Positions 1 to 8,170 of a stretch of 64,000 bases of DNA are shown here, one piece after another; position 1 is the stretch's first letter; each line of letters starts with the position of its first letter. The stretch comes from a virus. Position numbers and translations under genes: made by a program. Location of the stretch: the IMG/VR virus record IMGVR_UViG_3300044833_000114, positions 1-64,000 of that record. One strand, given 5' to 3'. The notes beneath the pieces are model-generated. The model saw nothing but the letters and a program-made list of their open reading frames with translations. It made no database searches and was not told the origin of the DNA.

Positions 1-2
1 TT

Positions 3-470
3 CTTGACAAAGCTGACGTTAAGTCCTACTATGAAACAGAAGAAGAGAGCGACGGAGACAATGACGCAATCGAGAACATCAACGAACTATACAAAGTTTC
101 AACTCGATTCGACAATGTGCCATCCTTTCTTGATCACGCGCGCAAAGCGATCGCAGCCTCTAGAAGATCGAAGCAGCCTCGCCTTGCCCTCTCTACAGTT
201 CACCAAGCCAAAGGGAAAGAGTGGGACCACGTTTACGTTGCAGGAGCGGTCCAGGACATTCTCCCCCACAAACGCGGTGACATCACAGAGGAGCGGCGTA
301 TCTTCTACGTCGCGTGCACCAGGGCCGCTAAAGAGCTGGTCGTGTCGTTCTACGGAATGCCTTCTGAGTTCTTGAAAGGTTTGTGGTCGCCGGAGTCTCA
401 AGCAGAACTCGATAAGCAGCCACTTCCCGGATACAACGGGCAGCCTACGCTTTTTGAGGCACTATTGTAG
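3..470 (+). CDS. UvrD/Rep-like SF1 helicase, C-terminal part (start lies upstream of the window)
   Basis: Frame open from base 3; motif V LSTVHQAKGKEWDHVYV and motif VI EERRIFYVACTRA. Confidence 0.9.
   Translation, partial: LDKADVKSYYETEEESDGDNDAIENINELYKVSTRFDNVPSFLDHARKAIAASRRSKQPRLALSTVHQAKGKEWDHVYVAGAVQDILPHKRGDITEERRIFYVACTRAAKELVVSFYGMPSEFLKGLWSPESQAELDKQPLPGYNGQPTLFEALL
4..32 (+). promoter_or_regulatory. Candidate sigma-70 promoter inside helicase CDS
   Basis: TTGACA(4-9)-17 nt-TACTAT(27-32). Confidence 0.4.
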
Positions 471-473
471 AAT

Positions 474-514
474 TCAACGTTTCACATCAACGTTGTACAT
501 CAATGTTCGACACT
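474..514. repeat. Three tandem 13-bp repeats (TCAAYGTTNNACA), candidate operator array
   Basis: tcaacgtt-tc-aca, tcaacgtt-gt-aca, tcaatgtt-cg-aca in an intergenic gap. Confidence 0.75.
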
Positions 515-548
515 AAGGTGCGAACAGAAAATCGAGAGGAATACCGAA

Positions 549-842
549 ATGGCGAAGGGCAGGCTAGCAGCAGACCTACTGATCGACGAGGTATCTGAAC
601 TACCAATCAACGAACAACCCCGTTGGTTCACAGAATTGTACAAGGACTGGACTGCGGGGGTGAGTACATCCGAGCGATACCTAAGTCCCGACGGTCTTCC
701 GGAAGAGGAAGAGACCGATGCACTCTGCCCACGCTGCGGTATGGATGAACTTTGCTTGTGCCCTGAGTTTGATGAAGAGGAAGAAGATGAGTTCGACGAC
801 GACGAAGAAGATGAGTTCGACGACGAAGAGGAAGGAGACTGA
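549..842 (+). CDS. Small acidic protein with Cys cluster
   Basis: RBS GAGGA; CPRCGMDELCLC followed by a D/E-rich tail. Confidence 0.75.
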   Translation: MAKGRLAADLLIDEVSELPINEQPRWFTELYKDWTAGVSTSERYLSPDGLPEEEETDALCPRCGMDELCLCPEFDEEEEDEFDDDEEDEFDDEEEGD

Positions 843-2038
843 TGGCCTTCCTCTACATAGACGCGGAGGGCAACGAGCGCAACCGTCACTCATACAGCGC
901 TGGGCTCGAGTTCGACCACTGCCCTTTCAAATACTACCTCCACCGCATTGCCGGATGGCGTGAGAAAGATTCAAAGGCTGCGCTGCTCTTCGGCCGCGCT
1001 CTCGAGGATGCGATCGAGTTCTATCACGCGACTGGCGGTAAGGCAGGCGAAGAAGAGTTCATTCGCCTGTGGGTGATGGTGAAGGACAAAGAGCTCACCT
1101 ACACGAAGCGTGAAGTTAACTGGGAAGGATTGATGCGCGCCGGACGAGAGATGATGCGCCTCTACATCATCCGTCAACCATTCCTTCCGATTCCGCTGAG
1201 CACGATATTCCAGCGGCAGTTCACGAAAGAAGTTTTCCCAGGCCACGAGAAGTACGGCGGGATCGAATTCTTCGCGAAGTTGGACATGATCACCAACGCG
1301 CCTCCTGACCATCCGATGCTTCCCAAGATTGTGTGGAAAGAAGAGTACGGCCTGTTTCGCCCGGTGATCATAGACATCAAGACCAGCGGAATCGACCTGG
1401 ACGACACCACCGGAATCGTAGCGCACGATCTGCAGCTGCGGCAGTACGCGTGGGTCCGCGGCATCTACGACGTTGCGTTCCTGTGGTTCAAAAAGTCCCC
1501 GCATAGCTACAAGAAAGGCGCCAGCGTAACCCTCTTGGTCGATGCAGGACGTTTCGTTGCTGGAGACGAAGCTGTTGTCGCTTCCGTGGAAGACGAAGGC
1601 GCTTATCTGGTCGGCAACGACGTCATGCTCGAGGAGATGCACAAGGCTCAGGGACGTAGGGAAAATGGCAGTCTAGACACCAAGAAAGATGCCACGGAAC
1701 GAGCGCGGGTGTGGCGGGAACAGAACGCCGTATTCGTCGCGAAGGAAGGCATCACACGGCAGCGCCTGCAATTCAGCGCCGCCCGCGTGGACCCCAAGAG
1801 CGCGGAAGATGCCGGCCAGATAGCTGCCGACCAGATCGTTCGTATCGTGAACGCCTGGGAATCGAATAAGTGGACCAACACCTTCGGCGTACGGTTTCCG
1901 CACGACGACCGCCTCGACGGTTATTTCCGTGCGTTCGTTTTGCGTGATAACGCGTTTCGCGACTCAATGTTTGAACAAAAATCGGAAGAAGATTTGAACG
2001 ACTACTTTGACGAACCGGAGGAAGTTGAGAATGTCTAA
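842..2038 (+). CDS. PD-(D/E)XK nuclease (RecB/AddB-like)
   Basis: HSYS..CPFKYY..FGRALE N-terminus; KLD...IIDIKTS...LQLRQY motifs. Confidence 0.85.
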   Translation: MAFLYIDAEGNERNRHSYSAGLEFDHCPFKYYLHRIAGWREKDSKAALLFGRALEDAIEFYHATGGKAGEEEFIRLWVMVKDKELTYTKREVNWEGLMRAGREMMRLYIIRQPFLPIPLSTIFQRQFTKEVFPGHEKYGGIEFFAKLDMITNAPPDHPMLPKIVWKEEYGLFRPVIIDIKTSGIDLDDTTGIVAHDLQLRQYAWVRGIYDVAFLWFKKSPHSYKKGASVTLLVDAGRFVAGDEAVVASVEDEGAYLVGNDVMLEEMHKAQGRRENGSLDTKKDATERARVWREQNAVFVAKEGITRQRLQFSAARVDPKSAEDAGQIAADQIVRIVNAWESNKWTNTFGVRFPHDDRLDGYFRAFVLRDNAFRDSMFEQKSEEDLNDYFDEPEEVENV

Positions 2039-2447
2039 TGACGGACTCGCATTTCAAAGATACGCGTTTAATTCGGACAGCACCAAGAAACGCGGGTACG
2101 AAGAGTTACGCAGATTGGTGGGTGGCGAGTTGATAGGTGGGTTTCAGATCAAGAACATCCGTCGTCAAGAAAGAGAAGTCCCACCCTGGGCAAGCACGAA
2201 CGAAGGCATCCGAAAGGTGCTTCTAACGGCGTTCCCGAAACTGCACTTCGACAAGAACCATAGGAAGCGCGCAGGACGCTGGGCGCAAGTAATCCAGATG
2301 CATTTCCTAATAGGTTGGACTTACACGGAAGTGGCAGCTGAACTGAATATCACACTCGAGACGATCAAATCGTTGATACGAAGCGTGAACAGAGCCTCCA
2401 AGGGTTTGCGCGCCAACGGTTCAGGCACACGAACGGGAGGGATTTGA
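2031..2447 (+). CDS. Sigma-70 region-4-like HTH regulator, paralogue 1
   Basis: VIQMHFLIGWTYTEVAAELNITLETIKSLIRS. Confidence 0.7.
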   Translation: MSNDGLAFQRYAFNSDSTKKRGYEELRRLVGGELIGGFQIKNIRRQEREVPPWASTNEGIRKVLLTAFPKLHFDKNHRKRAGRWAQVIQMHFLIGWTYTEVAAELNITLETIKSLIRSVNRASKGLRANGSGTRTGGI

Positions 2448-3013
2448 GAATGCTTAAGAATGAGACGTCGTTTCAGAGGTACGCGTTTGACCCAGATCTT
2501 AGCGGGAAACGAGGCATAGGAGAGTTAAGCAAACTCATCGCTGGAGATGGATTGTGGGGCGACGGTGCAGGGTTCGGCTTTCAGATCAAGAACATTCGCC
2601 GTCAAGACAAAGAAATACCCGAGTGGGCACAAACGAGTGAGGGTATTCAAAAAGTCCTTTTGACCGCTTTTCCTAAACTGCACGTCAACCAAAACCAAAG
2701 AAAGCGCGCCGGCAGATGGGCTCAAATCATACAGCTGTATTTTCAACTTGGATGGACACGCACAGAAGTAGCCGCGGAACTAAACGTTGGGCCCGGGGCA
2801 ATAAAGACTCTCACGCGCAGCATAACGAGAACTTCGAAGGGCTTGAGGACCGATGGTTCGGGTCCCCGAATAGATCACCATGCCACCACTGGTCAGTATT
2901 ACGGAGGGAGTAAAAGACCAAGTGAACCCATTGCTGGCGACGTTCCCGAAGGGTGCCAGTCTCTCTCCTCAAATTTATTAGTCAAGGAAACCCGTGCCGA
3001 AGATCGCACCTAG
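2444..3013 (+). CDS. Sigma-70 region-4-like HTH regulator, paralogue 2
   Basis: IIQLYFQLGWTRTEVAAELNVGPGAIKTL; strongly similar to paralogue 1. Confidence 0.7.
   Translation: MRMLKNETSFQRYAFDPDLSGKRGIGELSKLIAGDGLWGDGAGFGFQIKNIRRQDKEIPEWAQTSEGIQKVLLTAFPKLHVNQNQRKRAGRWAQIIQLYFQLGWTRTEVAAELNVGPGAIKTLTRSITRTSKGLRTDGSGPRIDHHATTGQYYGGSKRPSEPIAGDVPEGCQSLSSNLLVKETRAEDRT
2879..2908 (+). promoter_or_regulatory. 30-bp repeat copy 1, putative phage late promoter
   Basis: CATGCCACCACTGGTCAGTATTACGGAGGG, identical to 6444-6473. Confidence 0.6.
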
Positions 3014-3449
3014 GATGGTTCGAGTTCACTCGTGTAAAGACGCGGCAGCAGGTAAAGGGTCACCGATGGCTTGCCGTTGTCACAAAGCTGTCAGCCTCTA
3101 CCGGGCGGCGCAAATGGTTCGTGGCGGCTCCGCCGAGTGGGTCACGGAAGGAAATCGAACTCTACACAACGATGTGTATGTAGTCGGCGGCGTATCCCGA
3201 CGAACCCCGCGCGGAGCCACGATTGACAGCAAACACATTTATCGCGCGTATGTGATCGGAAGAAAAAAGGAACAGAAGCGGATCGAAGAGTACGGGTTGC
3301 TGACTCTAGAAGCCAGACTTCCGTTGATTCGAGAAGTCTCTCAAGAGCTGTTCGACGAGATGGAAAAGAACGACGCAGGTGTAATGGTCATTCGAACACT
3401 CGTCCAAGAACAAAGAACGCCTGGTGGAATTAGTAAGGAGAACAGATGA
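2994..3449 (+). CDS. Hypothetical protein
   Basis: RBS AAGGA; overlaps neighbouring genes. Confidence 0.7.
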   Translation: MPKIAPRMVRVHSCKDAAAGKGSPMACRCHKAVSLYRAAQMVRGGSAEWVTEGNRTLHNDVYVVGGVSRRTPRGATIDSKHIYRAYVIGRKKEQKRIEEYGLLTLEARLPLIREVSQELFDEMEKNDAGVMVIRTLVQEQRTPGGISKENR

Positions 3450-3817
3450 GCGAAGATTCAACTGTTTTGACTGACGAACAGATCGAGAAGCTCGCGAATA
3501 AAGCCAGCGACACATTCAAAGTGTTCATGGCTAAGAAATTTTTCGAGAAGGAGTTCAAGCAACGCTCCTTCTCCGGCCGCAACCCGACCCTTGGGCCGAT
3601 GATCAAGTGCGCGCAGTGCGGCCTCCGTCACCGCGACAACGTGAAGCACGAGCCAATCAAGTACGCCAACAAGCCAGGGACACCCGAAGGTGAAAGCAAT
3701 CCGATGATTGCGCAGACGAAGCGCTTTCGTCCGGTCGGAAACAAGTATTGGCGCCCACGTCCAGGAATCATGATCTGGATCCCGGATCTCAAAAAGTACG
3801 TCCGTCTCACGCGGTAA
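3446..3817 (+). CDS. Hypothetical protein (CxxC..H)
   Basis: RBS AAGGAG; ATGA overlap. Confidence 0.75.
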   Translation: MSEDSTVLTDEQIEKLANKASDTFKVFMAKKFFEKEFKQRSFSGRNPTLGPMIKCAQCGLRHRDNVKHEPIKYANKPGTPEGESNPMIAQTKRFRPVGNKYWRPRPGIMIWIPDLKKYVRLTR

Positions 3818-3834
3818 GGATCGAAAGGGGCCAC

Positions 3835-5145
3835 ATGAGTCTGTTCGGGAGTTTGTTAGGGAAATCGAAGCCGGTCACGAAGCGAATGGACGAGTCGATT
3901 GTTCCAGATGAGATCGTAAAACTGGAGCAGGATTTGTCGGATCGCGTGGCGGGGCAAGATCGAGCGATTAAGCAATTCGTGCGGATGCATGAATTTGTTC
4001 TCGGTGGGCTCACACCGCAGGACCGTCCGCTAGGTGTCGTCCTGCTTGTGGGTCCGACGGGAAGCGGTAAGACGCACATCGCCGAGACCTTCTGCGACAT
4101 CATGAAGATTTCCCTGATCAAGGTCGACTGCGCGGAGTTTCAGCAATCGCACGAGATCGCCAAACTGATCGGATCCCCTCCGGGATACTTGGGACACAAA
4201 GACACAAAACCAGTCATCACCAAAGAGGCCATCACTAAACGATGGTCGGAACCCAACGCTCCGAAGTACAGCATGATTCTGTTCGACGAGATCGAGAAGG
4301 CTCATAACGCCTTTCATCAAATCCTGCTCGGCATCATGGATCGCGGAACGCTCACGTTAGGAACAAACGAAACGGTCGACCTCAAGAATTGCATCATCGT
4401 CGTGACTTCGAACCTGGGCTCAGGCGAAGTGAAGAAGCTTCTGCAAACCGGCGGCTACGGGTTCGTGAAGAAGAACGAAGGCACGTCGGTATCCGGTGAG
4501 CTGGCTCTCGATGAGGATATCTACCGCGCGTCGAAGGACGCGGTGAAGAAATTCTTCTCGCCCGAATTTTTCAACCGCATCGATCTGATGGTTGTGTTCC
4601 GCTCGCTGACGGAAGACGTGCTCCGGCGAATCCTGGACATCGAGTTGAAGATTGTGCAGGACCGGGTACTGAAGGCTGGCAAGTTCATCCACATCGATGT
4701 CACCAACCGCGGCAAGGAGCTCCTGATTGCGGAGGGCACGAGCAAAGAGTACGGAGCTCGTCACCTGCGGCGCTCTATCGAGCGGTTCCTGGTAAGCAAG
4801 ATCACCCGCGCCCTGACTACAAAGCAAGCGCAGCCGGGAGACATGATTCTCGCTGATCACGAACCCGGCGCGAAAGGACTGGTGCTCGACATCGCGAAGG
4901 GTGCGATGGAGATCCCCCAGCCCACAGAAAAGCCAGTGTGCACAGCCATCGTGAAGAAGCCGAAGCATGCCTTCATCAACCCCGAGGATCGTCAGGCGGC
5001 AAGTCCGTATCGGAGCGCGATCGACCCTGAGTACTGCGGCCGTTGCGGATTCCGGTGGTACGACAAACACCTTTGCGCAGATCTGACTGACTCTCCTCTT
5101 TCGCGTTTCCGAAAAAAGATGGACGAACGGAGGCTCAAGTCGTAA
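3835..5145 (+). CDS. Single-domain ClpA/B/C D2-type AAA+ ATPase
   Basis: Walker A GPTGSGKT, pore loop GSPPGYLG, Walker B ILFDEIEKAH, TSNLG, FSPEFFNRID, YGARHLRR. Confidence 0.92.
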   Translation: MSLFGSLLGKSKPVTKRMDESIVPDEIVKLEQDLSDRVAGQDRAIKQFVRMHEFVLGGLTPQDRPLGVVLLVGPTGSGKTHIAETFCDIMKISLIKVDCAEFQQSHEIAKLIGSPPGYLGHKDTKPVITKEAITKRWSEPNAPKYSMILFDEIEKAHNAFHQILLGIMDRGTLTLGTNETVDLKNCIIVVTSNLGSGEVKKLLQTGGYGFVKKNEGTSVSGELALDEDIYRASKDAVKKFFSPEFFNRIDLMVVFRSLTEDVLRRILDIELKIVQDRVLKAGKFIHIDVTNRGKELLIAEGTSKEYGARHLRRSIERFLVSKITRALTTKQAQPGDMILADHEPGAKGLVLDIAKGAMEIPQPTEKPVCTAIVKKPKHAFINPEDRQAASPYRSAIDPEYCGRCGFRWYDKHLCADLTDSPLSRFRKKMDERRLKS

Positions 5146-5537
5146 TGGATCACGTTCAGCAACCGTACGGAAGCAATCTTTGCGGACAGGCGTGCATTGC
5201 GATGCTCTCCGGGTCATCACTTAATGACGCTGTTCGGCTTGTAGGAAAGAGCGGCTTGACACGAACGCGCGACCTCGTCGCGGCGATTCGTACCGGGCGC
5301 GGTTTCTTGATGGGGGTGAGATGCCCTGACTCGCTTATTCGTTTGCGCGAGAATTCCCTTCCCCGCAACTGCATTGTCAAGGCATCAAGTCCAGACCGGA
5401 AGCGATCGCATTGGATGTTGATTTGGAAATACGTCTTGCACGACCCATCGGTCACGTTCTTGTCTCCCGATGTTTGTCGTTGGGATATCACGTCGTACTT
5501 GCCACTAATCGGTGGAATCTGCGGGAGAGACTCATGA
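5145..5537 (+). CDS. Papain-like (C39-like) peptidase
   Basis: QQ....LCGQACIAML (Gln/Cys), HWMLI (His), HDPS (Asp). Confidence 0.7.
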   Translation: MDHVQQPYGSNLCGQACIAMLSGSSLNDAVRLVGKSGLTRTRDLVAAIRTGRGFLMGVRCPDSLIRLRENSLPRNCIVKASSPDRKRSHWMLIWKYVLHDPSVTFLSPDVCRWDITSYLPLIGGICGRDS

Positions 5538-5851
5538 GCACATTGAATTGGTATCAGGACGAAGCGAAGGGAACGGCCGTCTACAAGGATCAGACGAAGA
5601 TCGATCCGCTGACATACGCCGTGCTAGGCCTCGTGGGCGAGGCCGGAGAGCTGGCGAACAAGCTGAAGAAATTTCATCGCGCGAATCAGGAACCCGATCC
5701 TGCGGTCCTCGCCGACGAACTCGGTGACGTGTTGTGGTACGTGGCAGCGGTGGCTCGAGAGATCGGCTACAGCCTGTATTGGATTGCGAGGATGAATCTG
5801 CAAAAGCTCGCGAAGCGCGCCGCCTTAGGGGAGCTCAAACATCATGGCTAA
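5534..5851 (+). CDS. MazG-like nucleoside triphosphate pyrophosphohydrolase
   Basis: LGLVGEAGELANKLKK...DELGDVLWYVA...NLQKLAKR. Confidence 0.9.
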   Translation: MSTLNWYQDEAKGTAVYKDQTKIDPLTYAVLGLVGEAGELANKLKKFHRANQEPDPAVLADELGDVLWYVAAVAREIGYSLYWIARMNLQKLAKRAALGELKHHG

Positions 5852-6365
5852 TTTTGGGTCGATCGTAGAGTGGGTGCTCCGACTAGAAGACCGGACGCTC
5901 GCAGGAAAGACGGTGAACCTGGGTGATGGCGCCGGCCTGACGCGGTTCGGCATTACCACGAAGAATTGCCCCGGCATGCCTCGGGAGTTTTGGGAATCCA
6001 TGCCCACCGAACAGGCGATCGAGTTGGCGAAGCAATTCTACTACTCGAAGTATTGGCAGCCGATCCGCGGAACCTCGATTCTCAGCGATGAGGTTGCGGC
6101 GACTCTCATGTCGTTCGCGGTCAATGACGGGGTGTACTCCGCAGTCAAGCTGATCGAGGATGTCATCCACCAGGACCGCGACGGCGTCTTCGGTCCCAAC
6201 GACTTAGCAGCCGTAAACCAAGCAGAGCCTGAACAGCTGGCTGCTGCACTCAGGGACGAGCAGGAAGCGAGATACCAGGCGATCGAGGCCCGGATACCGT
6301 CGGACCAAAAATTCGACCGTGGGTGGCGCAAGAGGGCATACGTCCATTACCCAGACCTTCCGTGA
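5844..6365 (+). CDS. Endolysin, GH108 family with C-terminal peptidoglycan-binding region
   Basis: LE......GDGAGLTRFGIT, YYSKYW, FAVNDG, DGVFGP, FDRGWRKR. Confidence 0.85.
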   Translation: MANFGSIVEWVLRLEDRTLAGKTVNLGDGAGLTRFGITTKNCPGMPREFWESMPTEQAIELAKQFYYSKYWQPIRGTSILSDEVAATLMSFAVNDGVYSAVKLIEDVIHQDRDGVFGPNDLAAVNQAEPEQLAAALRDEQEARYQAIEARIPSDQKFDRGWRKRAYVHYPDLP

Positions 6366-6443
6366 GCAAGATTTTGTATTTTACAACACAAGGATCGCGT
6401 AAGTATAGCGTTTTCAATAACTTAAATACAGTCACCAGAGAGT

Positions 6444-6473
6444 CATGCCACCACTGGTCAGTATTACGGAGGG
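6444..6473 (+). promoter_or_regulatory. 30-bp repeat copy 2, putative late promoter heading the packaging/structural operon
   Basis: Identical to 2879-2908. Confidence 0.6.
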
Positions 6474-6477
6474 GAGA

Positions 6478-6636
6478 GTGCGATACCAATATAGCTGTTC
6501 TGGTTGTGACGGAACCGTTTCCAAGCCTGCCGTGAGTACGGACAAGGAAGGGAAAATGGTCCACGGTCTTCACGGCTGGAAGTGCCCCACCTGTGGGCCC
6601 ACGAGTGTCAAACGTTCCCTGAAAAATTCTGATTAG
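6478..6636 (+). CDS. Small Zn-ribbon protein
   Basis: CSGC...WKCPTCG; GTG after GGAGGGG (ORF track start is 6445). Confidence 0.6.
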   Translation: MRYQYSCSGCDGTVSKPAVSTDKEGKMVHGLHGWKCPTCGPTSVKRSLKNSD

Positions 6637-6654
6637 TCACCTGGAGAAATCCCG

Positions 6655-6855
6655 ATGCCCGTATATGTCTATGAGTGTTCTGAAGGTCACCAAACAGATC
6701 GCGTGAAATCGATCAAAGTTTCTGATCGAGTTCTGAACAACGATGTTTGCGAAATCTGTGGAAAGAAAGCAAAACTTATTCCTTCCCGCACCAGTGCCCC
6801 GATCCTTGTTGGTCGCGGTTTTCATGCGAACGACTACGCGGCACCCACCAGGTAA
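6655..6855 (+). CDS. FmdB-family zinc-ribbon protein
   Basis: MPVYVYECSEGH...CEICG...GRGFHANDY. Confidence 0.85.
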   Translation: MPVYVYECSEGHQTDRVKSIKVSDRVLNNDVCEICGKKAKLIPSRTSAPILVGRGFHANDYAAPTR

Positions 6856-6881
6856 GTAAAACCCACCCATCGTTTGTTGAG

Positions 6882-6915
6882 GGGCGACCTTTCCCGAGGT
6901 CGCCCTTTTTCTTTT
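6882..6915 (+). terminator. Intrinsic terminator
   Basis: GGGCGACCT/AGGTCGCCC stem followed by TTTTTCTTTT. Confidence 0.75.
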
Positions 6916-6926
6916 GGAGAATCACC

Positions 6927-7172
6927 ATGAGTTTTTTCAAAGGCCTCGTTGACGATCGCATGAAAGACGTCAACCCCGTCCAGGTCATCACCATCGCTCT
7001 CGGATTGGCCATCATTGTGTGGGGGTCGCATGTTGCGTTTCACACGCACGCTATGCCGAACCTGAACGGAATCGGTGAAGCCCTTGGCGGGGCTGGTCTA
7101 GCGAACGCAGCGCACAAAGCGGAAGACATCATCGACAAGTTCAAGAAGCCAGTCGATCAGCCTAAAGGGTAA
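6927..7172 (+). CDS. Small membrane protein, possible holin
   Basis: RBS GGAG; hydrophobic helix and charged C-terminus; near the endolysin. Confidence 0.55.
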   Translation: MSFFKGLVDDRMKDVNPVQVITIALGLAIIVWGSHVAFHTHAMPNLNGIGEALGGAGLANAAHKAEDIIDKFKKPVDQPKG

Positions 7173-7177
7173 TCATC

Positions 7178-7369
7178 ATGCCGTTTGAAAGCCTCGCACA
7201 AGAAGGGTTCGCTCACGAGCACCCAGAGAAGTTCGGCGGCAAAGCTGTAGTCAAAGAGTTTGATCAAGCAACGAAGGGAAAGAAGCTCCCGAAGCGCAAG
7301 CGTCCGAAGCCAGAACCAGAACCTCCAAAGCCCTCAGTTCGTATGAGGCACCACGCGCGCCCGCGCTAA
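7178..7369 (+). CDS. Small basic phage protein (MPF-S-AQ type)
   Basis: MPFESLAQ...EFDQATKGKKLP pattern seen ahead of packaging genes. Confidence 0.65.
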   Translation: MPFESLAQEGFAHEHPEKFGGKAVVKEFDQATKGKKLPKRKRPKPEPEPPKPSVRMRHHARPR

Positions 7370-7380
7370 GGAACAAGATC

Positions 7381-8121
7381 ATGGCTACCCCAGATGGAGT
7401 GAAGCAGGCCGCGGATGCGGTCGCAGCGAGCAAGAAGGTTCTAGACGATGCCGACAAGTTTCAGAAATCGGCCGGCGGACCACTTAAGAAGGAAACGCCA
7501 GCTGCGCCTGTTAAGTCTGCTCCGAAAGCTAAAAGCTCGGGACTGCTAGCTGAAACAGAGTCTGCAGCCGCGGGTCTTAAAGCCAAGTCGGCCGCTGTCA
7601 AGGAATACACCGACTCCCTTCCGAAAATGCACGACGGTGGGAAAGTCGAGAAAGATGGGGCCCACAATCTTAAGAAGGGCGAGACCGTTCTTCCGGCGGA
7701 TGAAAAGAAAGCCGTGAAAGTTCTGAAGTCCAAAGCATCCGGTGTGATGTCTGCCGCGATGGACGAGGACGACGAGCCGAAGGGTGAAGAGAAGAAAGAG
7801 TCCAAGAAGGACGAGAAGTCGGAAGGAAAGCACAAGACCTCCGACAAGCACAATCCGGCGCACGAAGAGAAGACGGTGAAACATAACTTTCACCGCACAG
7901 AAACCATTCATCACAAAAACGGATCACATACCGTAACGCATTTTCCGCACCCACCGAAGCCGTCGACCGATGGCAGCCCGGTTGAGCAGGATGAGCCAGT
8001 TAGCTACGCCGCGCCAGATATGGCCAGCCTTCACCAAGGCATGGACGCCAATCTCGGCGGCGGAGAAGCCGGCGGAGAACCTAGCGGCGCCCCCGAAGGC
8101 GGAGCCCCAGCACAAGCATAA
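7381..8121 (+). CDS. Hypothetical low-complexity protein
   Basis: RBS AAGGA; K/A/E/H-rich. Confidence 0.75.
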   Translation: MATPDGVKQAADAVAASKKVLDDADKFQKSAGGPLKKETPAAPVKSAPKAKSSGLLAETESAAAGLKAKSAAVKEYTDSLPKMHDGGKVEKDGAHNLKKGETVLPADEKKAVKVLKSKASGVMSAAMDEDDEPKGEEKKESKKDEKSEGKHKTSDKHNPAHEEKTVKHNFHRTETIHHKNGSHTVTHFPHPPKPSTDGSPVEQDEPVSYAAPDMASLHQGMDANLGGGEAGGEPSGAPEGGAPAQA

Positions 8122-8170
8122 AACGAAGAACCGAGAACGACCCGGATTGGGTCCTTCGAAGGTCACGGTC

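Noticed and set aside
842-2038. Cas4 / CRISPR association
   Set aside because: No C-terminal Cys triad, no cas genes and no repeat-spacer array; a RecB-like nuclease beside UvrD explains it
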